27,038 nucleotides of DNA from contig JAWXCN010000191.1 in the NCBI GenBank assembly GCA_034408725.1, positions 1 through 27,038 on the forward strand, written 5' to 3'. Under the pieces are notes generated by a model, which saw nothing but the letters and a program-made list of their open reading frames with translations, had not been told where the DNA came from and did no database searches. Origin of the DNA: Candidatus Hydrogenedentota bacterium (GTDB lineage Bacteria > Hydrogenedentota > Hydrogenedentia > Hydrogenedentales > SLHB01). The number at the start of each line of letters is the position of its first letter. Position 1 is the first letter of the stretch. The position numbers and the translations under genes are program-made. This document shows, one piece after another, positions 6,909 through 14,999 of the stretch.

Positions 6909-9881
6909 ATGTCGTCTGTTCAATCATTAAGCACCACTGATGTGGAGCAGGAAACTCAGCGATACGCCGCTGTATTGTGGGACCATGTCCAGCGAGATGC
7001 GACCCGTTTTGGTGTGGGCGGATTGACGGGCGGTCTGGTCGATTGGGCGATGCACGACGAAGGGCGTAAGGCGGCGCTGTTGCGGTTGATCGATGTGCTG
7101 CCCGCGCTCGATACCGCCGGGGAAGTCGCGGAGCATATTGAAAGTTATCTCGCGGACGATGCGCATACGCTTCCCGCGTATCTCCGGCTTCCCGTGAAGT
7201 TGGCTGCCCAAGCGCCGTTTCAGGCGGCGCTCACGAGTACGTTCCGTTCGCAGGTGCGGCGCATCGCGCGGCGTTTCATTGTTGGAAGCGACGTGGACGA
7301 TGCGCTGCCGATTTTGCGCGCGCAGTGGGATGCGGGCTTCGCGTTTACCGCCGACCTGCTCGGCGAGAAAACACTGACACCGTCCGAGGCGGACGCATAC
7401 GAACGAACCTATTTGCGAATGATCGACACGCTTTCTGTCGAGGTTGCGAGTTGGTCTCCGAACCATATACTCGAATCCGATGCAACCGGTGCGATTCCGC
7501 GCGCGAATGTTTCGGTGAAATTGTCCGCGCTTGATCCGTCGTTGTCGCCGCTGGACCCCGAAGGCGGGGCGGGGCGTCTTGCCGCGAAGCTGGCGCCGCT
7601 GATGGTTCGCGCAAAAGAACAAATCGTTTTCGTGAACTTCGACATGGAAGACTGGGCGCTGCGCGAGATCGTGATGCGCGCGTTTGAACGGTGCGTCACC
7701 GCGGAATCGCTGCGGGCATGGCCGCACGTGGGGATCGTGATTCAGGCGTATCTGCGTAGCGCGATGGACGACGCGGAACGATTGTTGGAACTTGTCCACA
7801 AACGTGGCGCGCCCGTCACTGTCCGATTGGTCAAGGGCGCCTATTGGGATTATGAAGTGGCCATTGCGGAACAGGATGGCACGCCTTGTCCGGTTTACCT
7901 TGACAAGGAATCGACCGATGCAAACTTCGAGGAGCTCAGCGCGTTTCTGCTCGAACACGCGGATGAGTTGCGCCCCGCGTTCGCCAGCCATAACCTGCGA
8001 TCGTTGACACACGCGATTGTGCGGGCGAAGTCATTGAACGTGGATTCAAACGCGTTCGAGATTCAAATGCTCTATGGCATGGCAGAGCCCGAGCAACGGA
8101 CGTTGCGCGATTTGGGCCATCGCGTGCGGCTGTATTCGCCCATCGGTGAACTGATTCCCGGTATGGGCTACCTCGTGCGGCGTCTTCTTGAAAACACTTC
8201 AAACCAGGGCTTTCTACGGCAAGCCTATCGGGAGCGATTGGACATGAACGAATTATTGCGGCGGCCACTGTTTCAGAAAGCGCCGAGGGAAACTCAACCG
8301 GCATTCACCAACGCGTCCCTGCTCGATTTTTCCGATCCGGTTGCGCGCGAAAAATTCGCGGGCGCGTTGTCGTCGGTATCGTCAACTTTTCCCATCATAA
8401 CGCCCATCGTGATTGATGGCGAACATGTGCCGACTTCGCGGCAATTGGATCGGGAATGCCCGCACAATTCCGCGCTTCACGTCGCCCGCGTGGCATTGGC
8501 ATCGCGCGAGGATGCGTTGCAGGCGGTGTCAGTGGCCAAGCGCGCGTGGCCTGAGTGGTCCGCGCGGACCATTGAAGAGCGGGCGGGTATGCTCGATACT
8601 TTGGCGGACCGCCTTGAGAAGAATCGCAACGATCTTGCCGCGATCGAGGTATATGAAACAGGGAAACCTTGGCGGGAAGCGGATGCGGACGTTGCGGAGG
8701 CGATCGATTTCTGCCGGTACTATGCGCGGCAGGCGATGGTTGAGTTGGGTCCTCGCGCACTCGACTCACCCACTGGCGAAACAAATGTGCTGTTTCACGT
8801 AGGGCGCGGACCCGCGGCGATTATCGCGCCGTGGAATTTTCCGATTGCCATTCTCTGCGGCATGACGACGGCGGCGTTGGTGGCCGGGAACACTGTGTTG
8901 ATGAAGCCTTCGGAACAATCCAGCGCCTGCGCGTATGCACTGTTTCAACATATGCAAGCCGCGGGGTTTCCAGGCAACGTGATTCATTTTCTACCCGGAT
9001 CAGGGGAAGAAGTGGGCGCGGCGCTTGTCGCTCATCCCGATGTCACGCAGATCGCGTTCACGGGGAGCAAGGAAGTCGGATTGTCAATTCTCAAACAAGC
9101 AGGAACCACCGCGCAGGACCAAACCCAGGTTAAATCGGTGGTCTGCGAAATGGGCGGGAAGAACGCGATCATTGTGGATGAAGACGCGGATCTTGACGAA
9201 GCGCTCGCGGGCGTGCTTTCGAGCGCGTTTGAATACGCGGGCCAGAAGTGTTCGGCGTGCTCGCGGTTGATACTTGTCGGCGCGATTGCCGAGCGTTTTA
9301 CCCAACGCTTAATCGAGGCGTGCGGACGTCTGCGTGTTGCGCCTGCCGATGACCCCGCTTGTGACGTTGGACCCGTGATCGATGAAACGGCGTACACGCG
9401 CCTCTTATCCGTTATCGCGAATCCGGGGCCCGGGGCCGAGTTGCTGTACATGAAAACGGATTTGCCAAATGGCTATTTCGTCCCTCCGACCGTGTTTCGC
9501 GTAAAAGACCGCAATCACCGGCTCATGCAGCAGGAGCTTTTCGGGCCGGTGCTGACGGTGTTCGATGCGATGGATTTCGACGAGGCGCTCAAGGTCGCGC
9601 TCTCGACGGAGTTCGCATTGACCGGGGGATTGTATTCGCGCAACCCGAAACACATTGCGATTGCCCGAGAACGATTCCGTGTCGGCAATCTGTATATCAA
9701 TCGGGGGTGTACGGGGGCAAAGGTTGGCCGACAACCCTTTGGCGGGTTTGGGATGAGCGGAAGCGGAACCAAGGCGGGCGGTCCGGGCTATCTCCCCCGC
9801 TTTGCCGTGCCCCGGTGTGTTACGGAGAATACGATGCGGAAAGGGTTTACGCCGGGGATGGACGGGGAATCGGGCGAGTAA
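6909..9881 (+). CDS. putA: Bifunctional proline dehydrogenase / P5C dehydrogenase (short PutA, no RHH domain)
   Basis: PRODH motifs VRLVKGAYWD, FASHN, QMLYGM, YLVRRLLENTSN; ALDH motifs PWNFP, FTGS, EMGGKN, GQKCSACSR, ELFGP; ATG 6909 preferred to GTG 6822, start uncertain. Confidence 0.93.
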   Translation: MSSVQSLSTTDVEQETQRYAAVLWDHVQRDATRFGVGGLTGGLVDWAMHDEGRKAALLRLIDVLPALDTAGEVAEHIESYLADDAHTLPAYLRLPVKLAAQAPFQAALTSTFRSQVRRIARRFIVGSDVDDALPILRAQWDAGFAFTADLLGEKTLTPSEADAYERTYLRMIDTLSVEVASWSPNHILESDATGAIPRANVSVKLSALDPSLSPLDPEGGAGRLAAKLAPLMVRAKEQIVFVNFDMEDWALREIVMRAFERCVTAESLRAWPHVGIVIQAYLRSAMDDAERLLELVHKRGAPVTVRLVKGAYWDYEVAIAEQDGTPCPVYLDKESTDANFEELSAFLLEHADELRPAFASHNLRSLTHAIVRAKSLNVDSNAFEIQMLYGMAEPEQRTLRDLGHRVRLYSPIGELIPGMGYLVRRLLENTSNQGFLRQAYRERLDMNELLRRPLFQKAPRETQPAFTNASLLDFSDPVAREKFAGALSSVSSTFPIITPIVIDGEHVPTSRQLDRECPHNSALHVARVALASREDALQAVSVAKRAWPEWSARTIEERAGMLDTLADRLEKNRNDLAAIEVYETGKPWREADADVAEAIDFCRYYARQAMVELGPRALDSPTGETNVLFHVGRGPAAIIAPWNFPIAILCGMTTAALVAGNTVLMKPSEQSSACAYALFQHMQAAGFPGNVIHFLPGSGEEVGAALVAHPDVTQIAFTGSKEVGLSILKQAGTTAQDQTQVKSVVCEMGGKNAIIVDEDADLDEALAGVLSSAFEYAGQKCSACSRLILVGAIAERFTQRLIEACGRLRVAPADDPACDVGPVIDETAYTRLLSVIANPGPGAELLYMKTDLPNGYFVPPTVFRVKDRNHRLMQQELFGPVLTVFDAMDFDEALKVALSTEFALTGGLYSRNPKHIAIARERFRVGNLYINRGCTGAKVGRQPFGGFGMSGSGTKAGGPGYLPRFAVPRCVTENTMRKGFTPGMDGESGE

Positions 9882-9936
9882 ACGTCGGTTCCAGATCACG
9901 GTTTATGGCATAAGGGGGAAGTTTCGGTGTAAACTT

Positions 9937-9992
9937 AGGAATAAGAATCGATTACGATTACGATGATGAGCGCGAGCACGAGCACGAACGAG
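9937..9992. repeat. Degenerate hexamer tandem repeat
   Basis: AGGAAT AAGAAT CGATTA CGATTA CGATGA TGAGCG CGAGCA CGAGCA CGAACG, intergenic, period 6. Confidence 0.55.
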
Positions 9993-10024
9993 TCAGGCGA
10001 TTGGAACACGGGTAGTTAGACTGT

Positions 10025-11227
10025 ATGAGCGCGGGAAACTCCAACGAGCAGGGAACAATCACCCGGTTATACCGAGGGTTGACCCATCTTTATACGGAAC
10101 TGCCGTACCGGTTCTCGAAGCAGGCGTATTCGTTGCCGACGTTTCATTATTATTTCGAGATCACGCGACGCTGTAATCTGCGTTGCAAGATGTGCCAGTA
10201 CATTGATTGGCTTGAGACCGTGCCGACGCGCGAGCAGGCTGATGGCGAACTCACCACGCAGGAGTGGCTGGATGTCGTTGATCAGACCGGCCGTCTCAGC
10301 TTCATTACGTTTACGGGCGGCGAAGTGTTTGTGCGCAAGGATTTCATGCAAATCTTCGAGCACGCCTGCTCGAAGCGGCGCGTACACTTCATCTCGAACG
10401 CGACCATGCTCACCGAGGAACGCGCGAAACGGTGCGTTGAACTTGCGCCGAAGAAGCTGGGCGGACGCGGTTTCAACTTCGCCGGCGTGTCGCTGGACGG
10501 GACGCGCGAAATTCACGATGTGATCCGCGCGCAAAAAGGCGCGTACGACAAGAGCATCAAGGGAATCGAGGCGCTGGCGCGGTTCCGTGAAGCGTCGGGC
10601 AAGAAAGCGCCGCTGATCCACATTAATACGGTGATTCAGGACGAGAACCTGTCGTGTCTCGCGGAGATGCCGCGCGTCGCGAAAGAGGCCGGTGCGAATG
10701 TATTGAACCTTTTGACGGAAACGCGGGTACACGACATTCCAGAATTGGGCCGGGTCGATCCGGGCACCCTCACACGCAGCGATTTCCGCCAGCCGAGCAT
10801 TGAGCGCGCGCGTCTTGAAAAGACTTTACGAGAGACATTGGACAACGCGAAAGCGCTCGGCATCGAGGTGCGCATGCCGCGCATGCCGTTCGAGGAAGTG
10901 ATCAATCACTACGATCAGGGGTATGACCTGAAGAATTTTGGGTGCCGCGCCATCTGGTCAACGCTCATTGTTGGCGCGAAGGGCGGCGTGTACCCCTGCT
11001 GGATTCAGAAGGTCGGCAACGTCCGCGAGCACACGCTCAAGGAACTGCGCAACAACGAAATCACGCGCCAATTCCGCCAGCGCCGTCGCGAGAGTGGGTT
11101 TGCGGTGTGCCGCGGGTGCTGCGAGATTGAGTACCAGGGGAAAGCGAAAAACGGCAAGCATGGAGAGCCAGCGGCCGCCGATACTTCCGCGCCCCATACC
11201 GACACCGGGGCTTTCGCTGTAAAGTAA
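10025..11227 (+). CDS. Radical SAM protein with SPASM/twitch domain
   Basis: CNLRCKMC (CxxxCxxC), FTGGE, VSLDG; C-terminal C..GGVYPC..GN..CRGCC. Confidence 0.9.
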   Translation: MSAGNSNEQGTITRLYRGLTHLYTELPYRFSKQAYSLPTFHYYFEITRRCNLRCKMCQYIDWLETVPTREQADGELTTQEWLDVVDQTGRLSFITFTGGEVFVRKDFMQIFEHACSKRRVHFISNATMLTEERAKRCVELAPKKLGGRGFNFAGVSLDGTREIHDVIRAQKGAYDKSIKGIEALARFREASGKKAPLIHINTVIQDENLSCLAEMPRVAKEAGANVLNLLTETRVHDIPELGRVDPGTLTRSDFRQPSIERARLEKTLRETLDNAKALGIEVRMPRMPFEEVINHYDQGYDLKNFGCRAIWSTLIVGAKGGVYPCWIQKVGNVREHTLKELRNNEITRQFRQRRRESGFAVCRGCCEIEYQGKAKNGKHGEPAAADTSAPHTDTGAFAVK

Positions 11228-11340
11228 AGTGCGTTGGGCCGGGCCTTGTCCCTCACTATGCATGGCGCGCCATGTACTATCACCGATGCTTGCGCGTTTC
11301 GCGCCTTCCCATATACAGTGCTGCTTCACAGGAGACCGGA

Positions 11341-11781
11341 ATGTCGTTGAAGGACCAGATTCAGGACGAGATAAAGCGCGCCATGAAGGACAAGAATCAG
11401 GTGCGCCTGGAATGCCTTCGGATGGTGAAGGGCGCACTTTTGATGAAGGAAAAAGAATCGGCGGACCCGCTGACGGACGAAGTGTCCATCGCGACCGTGC
11501 GCGGGGAGATTAAGAAGCGGCAACAGTCGCTGGATATTTTCCGCGATCTGGGCAAGACCGCCGAGGCGGAAGCAACCGAGCAGGAAATCGCGATCATCAA
11601 CGAATTCCTGCCGCAACAGTTGTCCGAGGCCGATCTCGACGCGCGCGTGCGGGAATACCTCGCCGCGCATCCGGAGTTGAACCATGCGGGGAAGCTGACC
11701 GGCGCAATGAAGAAAGAACTCGGCGACCTCGCGGACGGCAAGATGTTGAACGAAGTGTGCAAACGGGTAGTCGGAGGATAA
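11341..11781 (+). CDS. GatB/YqeY domain protein
   Basis: AGGAGA before ATG 11341; MSLKDQIQDEIKRAMK..LRMVK..EIKKRQQS..EIAIINEFLPQQLSE..ADGK. Confidence 0.9.
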   Translation: MSLKDQIQDEIKRAMKDKNQVRLECLRMVKGALLMKEKESADPLTDEVSIATVRGEIKKRQQSLDIFRDLGKTAEAEATEQEIAIINEFLPQQLSEADLDARVREYLAAHPELNHAGKLTGAMKKELGDLADGKMLNEVCKRVVGG

Positions 11782-11786
11782 ATCAA

Positions 11787-12212
11787 GTGCGATGCTTGGC
11801 CGCGACCCTTGCGATGTTACTCGTATTTGCAGGCTGTGGCCCGTCCGGACCAACGCCGGTGGAAACGTCCGAGACGTCTACAGCGGTCAAACCGGTCCCG
11901 GCGGCCAAAGCCCCGCTTCCCGCCGATGTTCCTGTTCCGGCAGAACTCGCGAACCGATCCGATTCAACGGTTGCGGGAAGTGACTATCACGTGGTCCAGG
12001 GCCAACTGGCGATGCCCATGGGCGATGCCATCGCCACCGTCCGCAAGCAAGCCGCCAGCACGGGATGGGTGGAAAAGCCGCAACAAGGGGCGGCGCCCGT
12101 GGCTTCGGTCACGACACATACCTTCACGAAGGATTCGCGCCAGCTCACCGTTACTCTGGCGATGGTGGACCCTACTTCCACCAGTGTGAACCTGATGACG
12201 GGTCCGCAATAA
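11787..12212 (+). CDS. Hypothetical lipoprotein
   Basis: GGAGG at 11773-11777 before GTG 11787; hydrophobic leader ending in lipobox FAG/C; Pro/Thr-rich linker. Confidence 0.7.
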   Translation: MRCLAATLAMLLVFAGCGPSGPTPVETSETSTAVKPVPAAKAPLPADVPVPAELANRSDSTVAGSDYHVVQGQLAMPMGDAIATVRKQAASTGWVEKPQQGAAPVASVTTHTFTKDSRQLTVTLAMVDPTSTSVNLMTGPQ

Positions 12213-12249
12213 GACATTTCTCCCCGCCGTTCTATTTGTATGTGGTGCA

Positions 12250-12278
12250 TTGCCTTTTTCAAAAATTCAATATATAGT
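12250..12278 (+). promoter_or_regulatory. Putative sigma70 promoter P1 of the pilus operon
   Basis: TTGCCT (12250-12255), 17 nt, TATAGT (12273-12278). Confidence 0.5.
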
Positions 12279-12311
12279 AGCCAGATAGGATTACACTACC
12301 ATATATTGAAT
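12265..12311. promoter_or_regulatory. Tandem NrdR-box-like palindromes, 31 bp apart
   Basis: attCAATATATAGTag (12265-12280) and ctaCCATATATTGaat (12296-12311) compared with consensus acaCwAtATaTwGtgt; together they form a 17-bp inverted repeat with 1 mismatch. Confidence 0.6.
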
Positions 12312-12368
12312 TCTATTGATATTATTCCGCAAATTCCGCACAACCAACAAGTTATATCTTCAAATTAC

Positions 12369-12377
12369 TGTGAATAA
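12369..12377 (-). promoter_or_regulatory. Consensus DnaA box
   Basis: TGTGAATAA is the reverse complement of TTATTCACA (fits TTWTNCACA); single 9-mer in AT-rich DNA. Confidence 0.4.
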
Positions 12378-12389
12378 AAGATTTACGAC

Positions 12390-12418
12390 TTGTTCTCTAT
12401 TGACCTATCTGGTACAAT
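12390..12418 (+). promoter_or_regulatory. Putative sigma70 promoter P2 (extended -10)
   Basis: TTGTTC (12390-12395), 17 nt, TACAAT (12413-12418), preceded by TGn. Confidence 0.5.
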
Positions 12419-12464
12419 TTCGCTGCTAGCCGGAGCAACCGGTTAGAGAAGGATTCGGTTCAGA

Positions 12465-14981
12465 ATGTTGAGTTGGCGGCGCGACAAAAAAGATGAGGCC
12501 GGTGGTGCGACTGCGCCGCCAGCGGAATCCCACCCGCCAACTGTGACGGGAAAAGCCGCGCCGGCGCCTCCTCCCGCTTCGACCGCGACGGCGCCGCGTC
12601 TGGGAGAGCTGCTGGTCCAGGAAGGCGTCATCACGGCGCAGCAGCTTCACGAAGGGTTGACGAAGCAGGCAGAGACCGGCAGTTTCATCGGACACACTCT
12701 GGTTGAACTGGGTTTTCTGAACCAGTCGACGCTCGTTTCGTTTCTCGTGAAGCAATGCAAGATTCCGCACATCAGTCTGCTGGATTACAACATAGGGGAA
12801 GATCTTTTTAAGCTGGTCTCCCGCGAGCTGTGCTTGAAGCATCGCCTGCTGCCGATTGACAAGCTTGGCAGAATTCTCACGATTGCAATGGTTGATCCGT
12901 TGGACGCCGATGCGCTCGAGAAAGTGCGCGAATCCTGCCCCGAACTAAAGATCAAACCGATTCTATGCACGTGGGCGCATTACGAACAGGTGTCGCGCAG
13001 AATATTTGCCGACACGTCCGCGCCTTCCGCGGAAGTTTCCATGGGCACGTTTGGGTTGTCGTCGAAGAAAACATCCATCGCGCCAGCGGACAAGACACAG
13101 GCGGATGCAGCGGTTGCGCAATTGGTGAAAGAGGCGACTGCGTCAAAGCCCATGCAAGAAACGGCAGGGGCGCCGGCAAAAGCCGACACACCGCCGCCGG
13201 CCGTGCGCGAGAGCGCGGCGGCAGCGCGCATGGAGTTGCCGGACGCCATATTTGATCGCTTCGGCGATCACATGCGCCTGGCAATAACGGAATCACTCAG
13301 TCCGTTAATCGCGGACCAACAGAAACTGATCGCGTTGCAGCTTGAGACGACGAAAGGAAAACCTGCCGATCTGGCGCGGGACATCGCGGCAAACATGCGC
13401 GCGGCCCTGCAAGAGTCTCTGGCGACGGTATTGGAAACCCATTCGCGCCTGGCTCCGCAGTCCGCTCCGCATCAACAGATCGACACCGGACTTCTCGCGA
13501 AAGAGCTTGGGGAAAGCGTGCGCGCGGCGATGCTCGATTCCGTATTGCCGGCACTTCAGCTTGGCGACGGTGGCACACCAAAAGGTCAATCACCCGTAGC
13601 GGGCATAGATGCGAAAACGCTTGCAAGGGAATTGGGCGAGAGCGTTCGCACCGCGGTAGCAGAGTCGATAGCGCCGTTAGCGAAGCCGTTGAATGGCGGG
13701 GAATCGCGCGCAGCCAAGTCCGCGTTTGACATGCCGGACCTTGCGAAGGAATTGACGGCGGGCGTGCGGGACGCGGTAATGGAAGCCATTGTTCCACTGG
13801 TCCAGGCACAGAAAGCGACGGTGCAAGCGGGGGCGCGCGCGCCGGAAGAAATCGCAAAGCATTTTGCGCAGCACATCAATCGCAGCATGGCGCAACTGTC
13901 CAAAGAATTGCGCGAGAGCATCGAATCGCGCGCGCCACAGACGCCGGTGGATAGCTTCTCGGCAGCCATAGCGTCGACAATTGAATCCGCGAATGCGAAG
14001 CAGAACACGCGCATGGCGGAATTGACCAATAGCACCAAGGACGCGTTGCTGGCGGTGCGCGAAATGCTGGAGGCGATGCGCGCGCGCGAAGCAGAACCTC
14101 TCGCGGTACCCGCGTCAAATGTTTCGCCGTTCCCTGGGTTGCGCGCGGCTGAACCGGTGCAAGCCATTGCGGTCCCGCATTTCGATCCGATGGACGAGAT
14201 CGGTCTCGGAGCGGAAGCGGATGATCGCGTTCGGGAGGCGCTGCTTTCGGGGCGGTTGCAGCGATCTTTCTCATTCGATGCTTTTCTATCGGGCGCGGCC
14301 AACACGTTTACACTGTCGGTTGCGCGCGCGGTCACGGAATCGTACTCGCGGGAGTTCACCCCGTTTTACATCTACGGGGACGTTGGCGTTGGAAAGACGC
14401 ATCTGTTGCAGGCCATTGGGAACGATCTGCTTGCGCGCAACCCCGACCTGCGCGTGGCGTATATGACGGGGCTTCGCTTCGTTAGCGCGTGTGAACGCGC
14501 CGCGCGCGATCAGGAGTTGGAACGGTTCCGCGAAACTTTTGCGCACTGGGACGCGTTGCTGTTTGACGATGCGCAAAGCGTGAGCGAGCACAAGCAAGCG
14601 CAGGATGAATTGCGCACGGTGCTCGGAGTATTGACGCTCGAGGGCCGGCTGGTAGTCGTTAGCGCGGACCGCGCGCCCGACCATTTGCCGGACACTTCGC
14701 ACCAGTTGGTTTCGCGGTTGGCGTCGGGAATCGTTTCGCGGCTCCATGCGCCGGACATGCCGACACGGCTTGCGATACTGCAACGGCACACCCGATTGTT
14801 GAAAGCGAAAATAGCGGACGACGTGTTGTCGTTGATCGCGGCCCGCGTGCCCACCGACGTTCGCAAGATGACCGGGGCATTGCGCAAGGCGCTTGCGTTT
14901 GCGCAGGTTTCTGGAACGGACGTAACGCACGCGCTTGCGGAAGAAATTCTGAGTCATCTCGCCACAACCGAAGCGGCGTAA
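12465..14981 (+). CDS. MshEN/T2SSE_N - helical repeat - DnaA/Hda-type AAA+ fusion protein (no DnaA domain IV)
   Basis: RLGELLVQEGVITAQQLHEGLTKQ MshEN motif; IAMVDPLD T2SSE_N; C-terminal FSFDAFLSGAAN, PFYIYGDVGVGKTHLLQAIGN, DALLFDD, SADRAP, LVSRL, TRLAIL, DVRKMTGAL collinear with DnaA domain III; protein ends right after it. Confidence 0.88.
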   Translation: MLSWRRDKKDEAGGATAPPAESHPPTVTGKAAPAPPPASTATAPRLGELLVQEGVITAQQLHEGLTKQAETGSFIGHTLVELGFLNQSTLVSFLVKQCKIPHISLLDYNIGEDLFKLVSRELCLKHRLLPIDKLGRILTIAMVDPLDADALEKVRESCPELKIKPILCTWAHYEQVSRRIFADTSAPSAEVSMGTFGLSSKKTSIAPADKTQADAAVAQLVKEATASKPMQETAGAPAKADTPPPAVRESAAAARMELPDAIFDRFGDHMRLAITESLSPLIADQQKLIALQLETTKGKPADLARDIAANMRAALQESLATVLETHSRLAPQSAPHQQIDTGLLAKELGESVRAAMLDSVLPALQLGDGGTPKGQSPVAGIDAKTLARELGESVRTAVAESIAPLAKPLNGGESRAAKSAFDMPDLAKELTAGVRDAVMEAIVPLVQAQKATVQAGARAPEEIAKHFAQHINRSMAQLSKELRESIESRAPQTPVDSFSAAIASTIESANAKQNTRMAELTNSTKDALLAVREMLEAMRAREAEPLAVPASNVSPFPGLRAAEPVQAIAVPHFDPMDEIGLGAEADDRVREALLSGRLQRSFSFDAFLSGAANTFTLSVARAVTESYSREFTPFYIYGDVGVGKTHLLQAIGNDLLARNPDLRVAYMTGLRFVSACERAARDQELERFRETFAHWDALLFDDAQSVSEHKQAQDELRTVLGVLTLEGRLVVVSADRAPDHLPDTSHQLVSRLASGIVSRLHAPDMPTRLAILQRHTRLLKAKIADDVLSLIAARVPTDVRKMTGALRKALAFAQVSGTDVTHALAEEILSHLATTEAA

Positions 14982-14999
14982 CATGGGGGAAATTCGAGC

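Noticed and set aside
9882-10024. RiPP precursor peptide for the radical SAM/SPASM enzyme
   Set aside because: No convincing short ORF with an RBS, and no RRE, protease or transporter adjacent.
12213-12464. Chromosomal oriC beside a dnaA gene
   Set aside because: Only one consensus DnaA box; the neighbour lacks domain IV; no dnaN, recF, gyrB or rpmH nearby.
12465-14981. Annotation as canonical dnaA or hda
   Set aside because: No DnaA domain I or IV, no clear Hda-type clamp-binding motif seen, and about 600 aa of unrelated N-terminal sequence.
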